Part shown: in pieces, positions 8,975 to 17,719 of the stretch
Layout of the letters: the number at the start of each line of letters is the position of its first letter
Numbering within the stretch: position 1 is the first letter of the stretch
DNA from: Verrucomicrobiota bacterium
Lineage (GTDB): Bacteria > Verrucomicrobiota > Verrucomicrobiia > Opitutales > LL51
Direction: 5' to 3'
Length of the DNA stretch: 32,000 bases
NCBI GenBank assembly: GCA_021294815.2
Contig: CP095464.1
Span: forward strand, 660,001-692,000
Position numbers and translations under genes: made by a program
The notes under the pieces: model-generated
What the model saw: only the letters and a program-made list of their open reading frames with translations
The model's database searches: none
Told to the model about the DNA's origin: nothing

Positions 8975-10711
8975 ATGGATAGTAAAGATAGTTTAAAAAC
9001 TCGGAAGAGTTGTAAATGTTTGCAAAGTGCGCTTGTAGCATCCCTTTTCTGCTTGGCAAGCTTTTTACATGGAGCTGCACCTTTGAGGTCAGCTACGCTT
9101 TCGGTTGCTCGGAATACACAGAAAATTAATACCGCTCCGAAGCAGTATAAAGATGTGGAAGTTCAGTCAGGAGTAGATGATCCAAATCGGTTCCACGTAG
9201 TTGAGGTTTATGGCGGGAGAGAAAGTGGCTGCGTTTTTGCCTCAGTAATAACGGCGATCGAGACCGAGAAATATCTCAAAGAGCGCTCTGGTATCCCGCT
9301 CGTTGTCGTAGACACAGAAAAGACCGACAATCTACGCGACTGCTATACTAGTACACTTTTGTCACTAGTCAAGATTGGGGCGCAATGCATTAAATCGATT
9401 GATTTCGATGCGAACGGCAAGCCTCATGCCAAGTTTTCATCGTTTAAATTTGCTTTATTAGATGAAGATGGCCAAGAGACGCTTAGAAAATTCGTGCGTG
9501 CATTGGGTGTTGATGGGCTTACTCTAAATGAAGAGACGGAGATTAGCGAGGGAGATTTAGAAGATAGACGAGATGTTTTAATCAAGAAACGAGCAGAACT
9601 AGACGCCAAGCAAGCGAAACTAGATGCTGAGAAGGCAGATCGGGATAGGAAATTGCAGGACTTAGAGGCGGGAATAGCTGCTTGGGATGAACGTATCAGA
9701 GAGAACCCTAATAACCAACACTCTCAGGATTATACTGATTTTCTGAAAAAAGCAACTTCACTAATGAAGCAGATTGAAGAAGAGCGTACGCAATCAATGA
9801 ATGAGCAGTTGCAATTGTTAGAGGAAACTAAGATTCATCTACAAAAAGTACAATGGGAAGCTTGTACTTGGTTATGTGATACGAAAGATTTACCATCCGT
9901 TCTAATCAAATTGGCAAAAGTTTTAGAAGCCTTGTGTTCCTACGCAAAAGAAAAGATAAAAGAATCCGATGAAGCATATGATGCTAACCGATGGAGTGAG
10001 TTTGCCATAAGACAGGCCGAGGACATACGAACAACAGAAGGAATAGGTTCCAACCTTTATGTAGTTTTTGGGATGTTGCCCGCTCCTTATGGAAAGGAAG
10101 GTGAATTGTTTTGCGAGCGTTATACCTTAAATGTGTACAACGAAGATCCTCGAAAGCCCACAAGAGTTATCGTCGAGAAGGATTCTTTTTTGGGCAATAT
10201 TCATATGGTATTAACCGATAGATATTTTTATAAGGAAGGATGTCCGAAGATCGAGTTGAATCTTTTAAGTTGTACTGTAAGTGATCTTAGAGAGCGCGAC
10301 GGACAAAGATATTATGAGTCGTGTGGACACAGTAGACCTCTCATCCGAAAAGAAGATTGCTGTTGGGTTTTATATAGAGATAAAGACGATGAAGAGGGTG
10401 GCATTGCATCGCAGTCCTTTCCCGTAATCGTTAAAAATGATGAAAATTTCGGGGATGATGATAGTGTTCTTAGAAAGAACTATATGGATGCTATCATGGT
10501 GCAATCGGAGGGTGGTACTCCTGGTGCGGAGGGTCAGGAAAAATTTTCTGTCATAGGAACGCCAAACTCATTCTCCAAACCGGCCATTCCACTTGCCTTT
10601 GAGAAAACTACCAAACTTATAAAAAGACCGATTTTGCAATCTTGCAGCTCTCTTTCGAGTTTTTCGTTCTCTTCTAAGTCTTCGCAAATCTTGATTTTTG
10701 TAATATCGTAG
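8975..10711 (+). CDS. Secreted hypothetical protein, divergent paralog C of the Cys...His family with a coiled-coil insertion; 3' end uncertain
   Basis: Start set at ATG 8975 (MDSKDS..., signal-like LVASLFCLASFLHGA). It keeps the family blocks in divergent form: FHVVEVYGGRESGCVFASV, GMLPAPYGKEGELFCERYTLNVY, EKDSFLGN and CGHSRPLIRKEDCCWVLY. A long charged heptad-like insert begins KKRAELDAKQAKLDAEKADRDRKLQDLE. The last ~50-60 codons are low-complexity and overlap a minus-strand ORF. Confidence 0.7.
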   Translation: MDSKDSLKTRKSCKCLQSALVASLFCLASFLHGAAPLRSATLSVARNTQKINTAPKQYKDVEVQSGVDDPNRFHVVEVYGGRESGCVFASVITAIETEKYLKERSGIPLVVVDTEKTDNLRDCYTSTLLSLVKIGAQCIKSIDFDANGKPHAKFSSFKFALLDEDGQETLRKFVRALGVDGLTLNEETEISEGDLEDRRDVLIKKRAELDAKQAKLDAEKADRDRKLQDLEAGIAAWDERIRENPNNQHSQDYTDFLKKATSLMKQIEEERTQSMNEQLQLLEETKIHLQKVQWEACTWLCDTKDLPSVLIKLAKVLEALCSYAKEKIKESDEAYDANRWSEFAIRQAEDIRTTEGIGSNLYVVFGMLPAPYGKEGELFCERYTLNVYNEDPRKPTRVIVEKDSFLGNIHMVLTDRYFYKEGCPKIELNLLSCTVSDLRERDGQRYYESCGHSRPLIRKEDCCWVLYRDKDDEEGGIASQSFPVIVKNDENFGDDDSVLRKNYMDAIMVQSEGGTPGAEGQEKFSVIGTPNSFSKPAIPLAFEKTTKLIKRPILQSCSSLSSFSFSSKSSQILIFVIS

Positions 10712-10969
10712 CCTTGCTCTGAGTTTCTTGTTCTCTTCTTCTAAGTTTTCGCAAATCTTGACGCAAGTATCGAGATTCCTCTGAGAAACTTTCTCAGCTT
10801 GTTTCGCTTTTTCAGTTTGTTCATGCCATGAACACTCTGCAAGTGCAGCAAGCGCAGACTCCCGATTTTTACGAACGCGCAACTGTTTTGAACCAGCATC
10901 GGTAAAATAGGAATCTGTTTTTATCCAACGTAACCAACGGAGCCTTACGATCCAACGGAGCCAACGCAT
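10568..10969 (-). CDS. Hypothetical coiled-coil protein, probably frame-disrupted; boundaries uncertain
   Basis: The plus strand has no long ORF across 10712..11010, whereas the minus-strand ORF reads plausibly (FTDAGSKQLRVRKNRESALAALAECSWHEQTEKAKQAEK...KICENLEEENKKL). I chose ATG 10969 so that it does not overlap the plus-strand ORF at 11059. The tracked ORF extends to 11131. The tandem duplication is read in two different frames. Confidence 0.35.
   Translation of the reverse strand: MRWLRWIVRLRWLRWIKTDSYFTDAGSKQLRVRKNRESALAALAECSWHEQTEKAKQAEKVSQRNLDTCVKICENLEEENKKLRARLRYYKNQDLRRLRRERKTRKRAARLQNRSFYKFGSFLKGKWNGRFGE
10627..10761. repeat. Imperfect tandem duplication, two units with a ~67-nt period
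   Basis: Unit ends ...gttctcttctaagtcttcgcaaatcttga (to 10694) and ...gttctcttcttctaagttttcgcaaatcttga (to 10761). Similarity with small indels extends leftward through gattttgcaat / gatttttgtaat. Confidence 0.7.
10925..10966. repeat. Four CCAACG hexamers (starts at 10925, 10934, 10952, 10961) arranged as two 16-nt units
   Basis: tccaacgtaaccaacg and tccaacggagccaacg match 14/16. They lie ~350 nt upstream of the large terminase gene. Confidence 0.6.
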
Positions 10970-11058
10970 CTGTTCACGGACGGTGATTCCATGGTAGAAT
11001 CGGGACTGTTGTGGCGAGAGACACTTCAAAATTGCTCTTGTCACAGCGTTGCGATTGG

Positions 11059-11316
11059 ATGGATGCTCGAGAACAGTTGGCCCATAGTGCCGTTCAAATT
11101 CAAATAACGCTGACGGCGGCGCTGCTCGCACTCGGGAAAAAGTTCCTCCGCGAAATCCCTCACTTGAGCTTCGCCGACCTCGGCACCGCTCCCGTTACTC
11201 TGCAAAAGCTCATCGGTTGTTATGCCAATATGCAGGCAATCGATCCTAAACTCGGATTCCAAAGCCTCTCAGAAGAGGTGCTTGAGCATATCCAATCGCA
11301 ACTGAATCTGATGTAG
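11059..11316 (+). CDS. Small hypothetical phage protein immediately upstream of terminase (a small-terminase role is possible but unsupported)
   Basis: 85 aa from ATG 11059 (the tracked ORF begins at GTG 11011). It stops 2 nt before the terminase ATG at 11319. No motif recognised. Confidence 0.4.
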   Translation: MDAREQLAHSAVQIQITLTAALLALGKKFLREIPHLSFADLGTAPVTLQKLIGCYANMQAIDPKLGFQSLSEEVLEHIQSQLNLM

Positions 11317-11318
11317 CA

Positions 11319-12716
11319 ATGAGGCATTTCGAGGAAAAGTTTTTCTTGCCCTATCAGCAGCGGTGGATTAACGATCCCGCGCGATTGAAAATCGTCGAAA
11401 AGTCGCGCCAGATCGGGCTTTCGATGGCAACAGCGTACCACCTCGTTCGGGAACATTCCTGCCAAAAGTGCCGGTACGATGCTTGGGTTGCCTCTCGTGA
11501 CGAGGTTCAAGCGAAACTATTTCTGGAAGATTGTCAGAAATTTAGCCAGATTTTACATGTCGTGGCGCAGTATTCTGGACAAACCGTGATTGCCGCTGAT
11601 AAGAAACCGGGAGCAATGGCGCTGCGCTTTAGTAATCATCGAGCCATCCATTCGTTATCCTCGAATCCCGATGCTCAGGCGGGGAAGCGTGGAACGCGGG
11701 TCCTTGATGAATTCGCGCTCCACCCGAATCCACGGTTGCTGTACGCTGCGGCGTATCCGGGGATCACCTGGGGCGGCAAGCTGGAGATTATTTCGACACA
11801 CCGCGGGTCGAATAATTTTTTCTATCAGCTCATTCAGGAGATTACACAAAACGGAAATCCAAAAAATTTTTCCCATCACAAAGTAACGCTTGCCGACGCG
11901 CTTGATGAGGGATTTTTAACGAAATTACAGGCAAAAGCGCTCCCAGATGACCCGATTCGTGATATGGATGCAGCGGAGTATTTTGATTTTATTCGGCGAT
12001 CGTGTCCGGATGCGGAGACATTTCGGCAGGAGTATATGTGCGAGCCGTATGAGGATCAGTCGATCTTTTTACCGACAGAGCTTGTGGATGCAGCGGAACA
12101 GGAAGCGGATATGCCGCCACAGTCGGACCTCTATATGGGAGTGGATATTGGACGCACCGAAGATCGTACCGTATTTTGGATTCTCGCGGCGGTGGAAACG
12201 TCGTTGGTGACAAAAGAGGTTATTGTTCTCCAAAATAAAACATTTTCAGAACAGGAAGCAGTTTTTTACCAATTGCTGGCGCTCCCGAATTTAAGAAGAG
12301 CTTGTATCGATCAAACGGGAATTGGACGGCAATTTGCGGAACGTGCGGTTGAGCGGTTTGGAAACTACCGCGTTGAGGGCGTTACGTTTACAAATGCCGT
12401 CAAGGAGCAGTTGGCGTATCGTCTGCGCTCCGTGTTCGAAGATCACAAAATAAAAATCCCGGCGAGTGAGGCGATCCGTGCCGATTTACGGGCAGTGAAG
12501 CGCGAAAATACATTTACCGGGAAAATCCGCTTTGCGGCCGATCAAAGCGAGTACGGGCATGCCGACCGTTTTTGGGCTTTGGCACTAGCAATTCACGCTG
12601 TGGGCAACGTTCCTGCAACAACTGAATCCTTTTTTGTTAACATACCGAGAAACCATGAAAACATTTTCTCAAATTTCCGACGCACGAATGCAACACTCGA
12701 TGCGTGCGCGATTTAA
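11319..12716 (+). CDS. Phage terminase large subunit
   Basis: 465 aa. The N-terminal FLPYQQRWINDPARLKIVEKSRQIGLSMATAY is a deviant Walker-A-like segment typical of this terminase class. The C-terminal RNaseH-like nuclease motifs are MGVDIGRTEDRTVFWIL, CIDQTGIGRQFAE and GHADRFWALALAIHA. Confidence 0.88.
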   Translation: MRHFEEKFFLPYQQRWINDPARLKIVEKSRQIGLSMATAYHLVREHSCQKCRYDAWVASRDEVQAKLFLEDCQKFSQILHVVAQYSGQTVIAADKKPGAMALRFSNHRAIHSLSSNPDAQAGKRGTRVLDEFALHPNPRLLYAAAYPGITWGGKLEIISTHRGSNNFFYQLIQEITQNGNPKNFSHHKVTLADALDEGFLTKLQAKALPDDPIRDMDAAEYFDFIRRSCPDAETFRQEYMCEPYEDQSIFLPTELVDAAEQEADMPPQSDLYMGVDIGRTEDRTVFWILAAVETSLVTKEVIVLQNKTFSEQEAVFYQLLALPNLRRACIDQTGIGRQFAERAVERFGNYRVEGVTFTNAVKEQLAYRLRSVFEDHKIKIPASEAIRADLRAVKRENTFTGKIRFAADQSEYGHADRFWALALAIHAVGNVPATTESFFVNIPRNHENIFSNFRRTNATLDACAI

Positions 12717-13866
12717 TCCGATCAAATCACTGACGCCGGATTCGCTCTCACGGATGCTCGACGAGTTCGCATCTGGTTATCTCCACTCAACAGCGTTGGT
12801 TTGGGAGGCTATCGAGCATCGCGATGACGTCGTCCAATGCGTTGTCTCCAAAAGAAAAAAATCCGTCGCGCGGCTTAGTTGGGAGATTTTGACCGTAGAC
12901 CAGTCTGCTGAGGCGGTTTTACAAAAACAGGCGCTCGAGTACTTTTATAACAACCTGTCGGCGACTAATGCGTTTGATAAAAATGAACAGGGCGGCGTTG
13001 CACTACTCATTAAACAGATGATGGATGCCGTTGGGAAAAAATACGCGGTTCATGAAATGGTTTTTCAAACACAAGATGCACTCGATATTTTGCCATTTCC
13101 TCGGTTGACAGCGACGTTTCGCTTCGTACCCCTCTGGTTTTTTGAAAATACAACGGGCCAATTGCGATTTTTGGAAAGTGATTACGCCCTGAGCGGAATT
13201 CCTCTGGAAAAAGGGGCGTGGATGATTACCGTTGGTGAAGGGTTGATGGAGGCGACGTCGATCGCGTACCTCTTTAAACATCTCCCGTTACGTGATTGGT
13301 TGGTTTATTGCGAGCGAAATGGGATGCCCGGTGTCAAGGGTGTGACGAATGCACTCCCAGGATCGGCCCAGTGGGAGGCCGCACGTGACGCGGTTGCTGA
13401 TTTTGGTGCCGAGTTTAGTGCCCTGATGTCGCAGGGAACCAATATCGAGGCGATTGATTTGTCGACCCGTGGCGATTTACCGTATCCCGGAATTGTGGAC
13501 CGGATGGACCGCGCGATTGTTGCACTCTGGCGGGGATCGGATCTATCGACACTCTCGCGTACTTCAGGTGCCGGGGCTTCCCTGCAAGGCGATGAGGCCG
13601 CAATATTACTCGAAGATGACGCGCAAATGATCTCGGAAACCCTCAATGAGCAGGTCGATGGCCAGATTATTCGCTATCTATTTGGCGATGTGGCGCAGAA
13701 GGCGTATTTTCGACTGGTTACTACGACTTCGGGAAATCCTGCGGATGAAATCTCGATTTATCGGGCGCTGTATGAAATGGGGGTGCCAATCGCGATCGAA
13801 GATTTGAGGGAAAAATTTGGCCTCTCGACGCCGAGTGCCGAGGAAAGCGTTTTGCAAAAGGCATAG
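12655..13866 (+). CDS. Phage portal protein (Mu gp29 / DUF935-like)
   Basis: 403 aa from ATG 12655, overlapping the terminase 3' end by 62 nt. Its position directly after TerL, its size and the N-terminal RFNPIKSLTPDSLSRMLDEFASGYLHSTALVWEAIEHRDDVVQCVVSKRKKSV resemble DUF935 portals (from memory). Confidence 0.75.
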   Translation: MKTFSQISDARMQHSMRARFNPIKSLTPDSLSRMLDEFASGYLHSTALVWEAIEHRDDVVQCVVSKRKKSVARLSWEILTVDQSAEAVLQKQALEYFYNNLSATNAFDKNEQGGVALLIKQMMDAVGKKYAVHEMVFQTQDALDILPFPRLTATFRFVPLWFFENTTGQLRFLESDYALSGIPLEKGAWMITVGEGLMEATSIAYLFKHLPLRDWLVYCERNGMPGVKGVTNALPGSAQWEAARDAVADFGAEFSALMSQGTNIEAIDLSTRGDLPYPGIVDRMDRAIVALWRGSDLSTLSRTSGAGASLQGDEAAILLEDDAQMISETLNEQVDGQIIRYLFGDVAQKAYFRLVTTTSGNPADEISIYRALYEMGVPIAIEDLREKFGLSTPSAEESVLQKA

Positions 13867-13867
13867 T

Positions 13868-14854
13868 ATGGAAAAACAATGGCTGAAATTAGTGGATTAT
13901 GGTGATTATCCACATGCAGACGGTGTCCAGCGGGTAACTTACACAGCGGCGCTTGAGATGCAAAAACGATTCCGTTCACTCCGCGCGCGTCTCGCACGAA
14001 AATTTGGCGGTATCCCCGTTTATATCGGACATCCCGACGATCGGCATTTTTCGCAACTCCCAGGACATAGTGATACGCGCTCATACGCTTGGGTTCAAGA
14101 TCTCGAGGCGCGCGATGATGGTATCTGGATCTTACCGAAGTGGTCAACCGCTGGGGAGGAAATTTTACAAAATGCGTTCTTTAAGTTCTTGTCACCGCGC
14201 TGGGAAACAAAACGCGAAAATGGGTTTCTCACTCCGATCCGTTTAATTTCTGTGGGGCTTACCAATAATCCCAATATTCCTGGAGAGGCAATTGCAAACC
14301 AAGAACCGCAAGTGTGTCCGGAGGAAAAGGAAGATATTGAGCTGCAAGCATTTCTGGAAAAAACCTTAAATATCCGCTTTCAAGATTCTGATTGGAAAGA
14401 ACAAATCGCGCAGCTCGGGGCACATGCCGAAGCGATTGAAGCGCTGAAAGAAGCGAATAAGGACCTCCAATCCGAGTCCGACCGATTCTATAAATTAGCG
14501 TGCGAGCAGGAACAAAAAATCAAAGAACTAACTGCTGCACTTGTGGATGCTAAGATCGCCTCTGGTGAGCGTTTCGCGAAATTTGCGCTCGATCGTGGCC
14601 TTATCCAGACTGCCGAAGTCGACGAGTGGAAGGAACGCTATATCGCAGACCCGAAAGCCGCGTCTAATGAGCTGCTCGGACAGTCGCAGACGCTCAATAC
14701 GCATTCAAAGACAGAACACCTGGAAAATCGCCACGAACCGACCGATGCGCAAACCCATATTTTGAAACGTGTCCGGGAGCGGATGCAAATGACGGGAGAG
14801 GATTATACCGCGGCGTGGCACTTCGTTCGGCAGAGTACGCCCGTGTTGTTGTAA
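13868..14854 (+). CDS. Head maturation protease / scaffold fusion (Mu gpI-like)
   Basis: ATG 13868 lies 1 nt after the portal stop. The N-terminal WLKLVDYGDYPHADGVQRVTYTAALEMQKRFRSLRARLARKFGGIPVYIGHPDD resembles Mu-like prophage protein I. The C-terminal half is a charged, coiled-coil scaffold-like region (KEANKDLQSESDRFYKLACEQEQKIKELTAAL). Confidence 0.7.
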   Translation: MEKQWLKLVDYGDYPHADGVQRVTYTAALEMQKRFRSLRARLARKFGGIPVYIGHPDDRHFSQLPGHSDTRSYAWVQDLEARDDGIWILPKWSTAGEEILQNAFFKFLSPRWETKRENGFLTPIRLISVGLTNNPNIPGEAIANQEPQVCPEEKEDIELQAFLEKTLNIRFQDSDWKEQIAQLGAHAEAIEALKEANKDLQSESDRFYKLACEQEQKIKELTAALVDAKIASGERFAKFALDRGLIQTAEVDEWKERYIADPKAASNELLGQSQTLNTHSKTEHLENRHEPTDAQTHILKRVRERMQMTGEDYTAAWHFVRQSTPVLL

Positions 14855-14929
14855 ATAAAAAAAGAGATGGGAAAAAACAAAAACAAGATGCCCTAAGGCA
14901 CACTTAGATCGCGCTTTTGCTCTAATTTT

Positions 14930-15346
14930 ATGGATACTCAAATCCTATCAAATGTGGCATTGGGAACGCATGAAGATTGCTTGACCAAAAATGCTCAAAC
15001 CGCGTTGACCGCGTACCGATTAGTTAAAATTGATCCCTCTAACGGTGATCAAGTCATGTGTGCGGGGCCGAATGACTGCGCTTTTGGTGTTACAACCGAT
15101 GAGGCACAGGCCGGCGAAGAGGTCAATATCGCACTTCTCGGATGTTCAAGCACGCTGAAAATTACCACTAGCGGTGCCATTACTTCGGGAGATCTATTGA
15201 TGCCGGGTGATAACGGTACCGTGAGGTCAATGCCAACGGAAGAAGGTCAATATATGTGTATTGGGATTGCGTTGTCAGGGGCTGCAAGTGGTGGTACTGT
15301 CGAGGTGCTTACGTCCTTCCCTTCGCAATGCTCTGTAACTGCTTAA
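14930..15346 (+). CDS. Head decoration/cement-like protein (DUF2190-like)
   Basis: 138 aa, Gly/Ala-rich beta-type sequence (AFGVTTDEAQAGEEVNIALLG...ITSGDLLMPGDNGTV...IGIALSGAASGGTVEVL). It sits between the protease and capsid genes, as DUF2190 genes usually do. Confidence 0.6.
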   Translation: MDTQILSNVALGTHEDCLTKNAQTALTAYRLVKIDPSNGDQVMCAGPNDCAFGVTTDEAQAGEEVNIALLGCSSTLKITTSGAITSGDLLMPGDNGTVRSMPTEEGQYMCIGIALSGAASGGTVEVLTSFPSQCSVTA

Positions 15347-15365
15347 ACGTTTTGGATTTTTACTT

Positions 15366-16334
15366 ATGAATACCTATGAAGTTTTGCCCAAAGATGACGG
15401 TTTTCAGGATTGTGGGACGGTGTGTGCGGCAAATGAGTCGCGTTTTACTGCAGCACATTATTCAGAGCCTCTCACCGCTTTTACCGTCGGATGGAAAGAT
15501 CGAGAAGAAATCGAAGAAGTCTTAAACTTTATCGCGCCAGTTGTCCCCGTTGCACGACGTTTTGAGTTTAAGATCGCCGACCCTAACGAGGCTTTCTTAT
15601 CGGAGACCGACGATATTCGTTCCATCGGATCTTCGTTTAAGCGCGTTGAGTTTACCGGTACCTCTGTGACGTCCAAGACATACAACAAAGGTCTAACTGT
15701 TCGTGTCGATCATGATGATGTTGCCGGGGACGACTGGCGGGAACGCTATGTACAGCTCCTGCTACAACGCCTCTATCGCAATGAGTTACGTCGGGCAATA
15801 TCCGCTTTAGCTGCGAATGCTGTATCGGTTAAGGAGCAGTATAAGTGGGGAACGACTGGAACACCCAATCCGGATGCGGATATCCGCGCCGAACTTGAGG
15901 CCGCTACCGATCTGACCGGGATACGTCCTAACCGAGTGATTATCGGAGAGGGCGCTTGGGATATGCGTTCCAATTCCTATGATTGCCAAAATAACGCAGG
16001 TGCAAACCGCTCCGCATCGTTGACCCTAGAGGAGCTCTCACGAAAGCTGTTTGTCGACGAAACCCGTATCATTAGTGCGCGGTACCAATCTGGCGATGTC
16101 AAGCAAGAGACGTTCTTAGGCAATACAATCTACACCTTCTTCACCAATAACAAAATTATGAAAGATGAACCGGCCAACATCAAACGCTTTGTAACGCCGG
16201 TCGACGGAAGTTCTCCGTTCCGTGTGTATCTCGAGGAACATAGCAAGTTCAGCGATATCACGGTCGAACATTATAGTAATATCGTCATTACCTCGCCAAC
16301 GGGTATTCGGAAGCTTGTTGTGGCGGCAGCATAA
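15366..16334 (+). CDS. Major capsid protein (presumed HK97 fold)
   Basis: 322 aa. The call is by position (after protease/scaffold and decoration genes, before the adaptor) and size. It is followed by a strong stem-loop. Confidence 0.65.
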   Translation: MNTYEVLPKDDGFQDCGTVCAANESRFTAAHYSEPLTAFTVGWKDREEIEEVLNFIAPVVPVARRFEFKIADPNEAFLSETDDIRSIGSSFKRVEFTGTSVTSKTYNKGLTVRVDHDDVAGDDWRERYVQLLLQRLYRNELRRAISALAANAVSVKEQYKWGTTGTPNPDADIRAELEAATDLTGIRPNRVIIGEGAWDMRSNSYDCQNNAGANRSASLTLEELSRKLFVDETRIISARYQSGDVKQETFLGNTIYTFFTNNKIMKDEPANIKRFVTPVDGSSPFRVYLEEHSKFSDITVEHYSNIVITSPTGIRKLVVAAA

Positions 16335-16344
16335 AACCCAAAGT

Positions 16345-16367
16345 GCTATGGCCTTCGTGGCCATAGC
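16345..16367 (+). terminator. Perfect 9-bp stem-loop just after the capsid gene (attenuator or RNA-stabilising hairpin; no U tract)
   Basis: GCTATGGCC-ttcgt-GGCCATAGC begins 11 nt after the capsid stop. It is followed by CATCAAAAAAATG, not by a T run. Confidence 0.4.
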
Positions 16368-16377
16368 CATCAAAAAA

Positions 16378-16830
16378 ATGATTACGAATTGGATTAATGT
16401 TACAATCGAAGACCTCTATACTTATCTCGCAGCCCCACAGGTCGAAGCATTACGGCGTTGTGCGGTCGCCAAATCCCAACCTGATCCGGTAGCAGATGCG
16501 ATTCAAAATGTCGTGCTGAGTATTCGTGCTTACATTGTGAGCAACAAACGGAATGTCTTGAGCCAATCGCCATATGCGATCCCACCGGAATTAAAAAGTG
16601 ATGCCTGTGTACTGATACTTGAAGTTGCACAGCTACGGATTCCGGGTTTTCGGCTTACAAGTGACCAGGTCCGCCTTGTTGAGGACGCACGTGGGAAAAT
16701 GCAAAAAATTGTTAGCGGCGAATTTGTCGTATCACTCCCGAATGATCGCGCTATGGAGCCCGAAAAGGCGATGGAAGTTGTCGCATCACGCCGGCGAGTG
16801 ATTACCGGAAAAACCTTGGAGGGATTTTAA
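16378..16830 (+). CDS. Head-tail adaptor/connector-like protein (Mu gp36 / DUF1320-like)
   Basis: I prefer the start at ATG 16378, after the hairpin. The alternative ATG 16348 is buried in the stem. ITNWINVTIEDLYTYLAAPQVEAL...DPVADAIQNVVLSIRAYI resembles DUF1320 proteins (from memory). Confidence 0.5.
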   Translation: MITNWINVTIEDLYTYLAAPQVEALRRCAVAKSQPDPVADAIQNVVLSIRAYIVSNKRNVLSQSPYAIPPELKSDACVLILEVAQLRIPGFRLTSDQVRLVEDARGKMQKIVSGEFVVSLPNDRAMEPEKAMEVVASRRRVITGKTLEGF

Positions 16831-16831
16831 A

Positions 16832-17284
16832 ATGGGGCAGCCGTTAGAAGGAATTTTGGAACAACTGCAGGAGCGCGTATATGACGCATTACGGGCACAA
16901 CATGATCTCCAAAAAGTTGCGATTGCGATGCGAAAACGAAGCTCGCTCGAATTATTTTGTGAGCAACTCATACAACAAGGTTTCGGTGAAGGAATTTTTA
17001 TCGATGCACCATTGCCGAAAGCCATCGTTTCAGGTGTTCCTGGACCAGTCTACCGGGAAATCGCCTTCGTCGTCCAAGTGATTGAAAACGTTGCGACCAA
17101 TGAAAGTGGCAGTAGTGGGATGTTGGTTGCGGAAAAAATCGCGCATCAGCTACACCTCCGAGAATTTGTATTTGGCGATCAATCTTGGATCGTGAGCTGC
17201 CGTGAAAAAGACCCCTGGCAGTTCGAGGGCGATGCGTTTAAAAATACTATCACGCTTCACTTTGCGACGATGTACTCCTTTTAA
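16832..17284 (+). CDS. Phage head-completion/neck hypothetical protein
   Basis: 150 aa. It starts 1 nt after the previous stop. Function is inferred only from position. Confidence 0.55.
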   Translation: MGQPLEGILEQLQERVYDALRAQHDLQKVAIAMRKRSSLELFCEQLIQQGFGEGIFIDAPLPKAIVSGVPGPVYREIAFVVQVIENVATNESGSSGMLVAEKIAHQLHLREFVFGDQSWIVSCREKDPWQFEGDAFKNTITLHFATMYSF

Positions 17285-17295
17285 CGCACGAGAAA

Positions 17296-17709
17296 ATGAA
17301 AATTATTTGGGGAGAATGGGAATTGGCACGTGGAGCTGCGTATGGAGAAGTCCCACAGGATCTAAAAATCTCAGGCCAACGGTCGGTACAGCTGTTAACG
17401 ACGGTCCGTGGGGAGACCTCAAAGGCACTGAACCGCGGCAATCTATTGATGAATTTAGAGTTCCGTGTACGTAAAAAACATCCGACGGCGGAAATTGCTC
17501 AAGAAGATGCGCTGCGCCATGCCTCGGAATTAAAAACCGAAACCGCAAACCTGATGCTCGTCGGTGAATCTGGGAAAACCACATTTCAGCTGAAAGATGC
17601 TGTGATCGCAAACATCATATCCAGCAGTAACGGCAATATCGCAGAGCATTTTTATAAAATTGTCGGAGGTCGTGTGTGTACCACCGAAAGCGCAAACAGT
17701 TCTTTTTAA
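17296..17709 (+). CDS. Phage structural hypothetical protein
   Basis: 137 aa, co-directional within the tightly packed module. No motif recognised. Confidence 0.5.
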   Translation: MKIIWGEWELARGAAYGEVPQDLKISGQRSVQLLTTVRGETSKALNRGNLLMNLEFRVRKKHPTAEIAQEDALRHASELKTETANLMLVGESGKTTFQLKDAVIANIISSSNGNIAEHFYKIVGGRVCTTESANSSF

Positions 17710-17719
17710 GAAAAACAGT

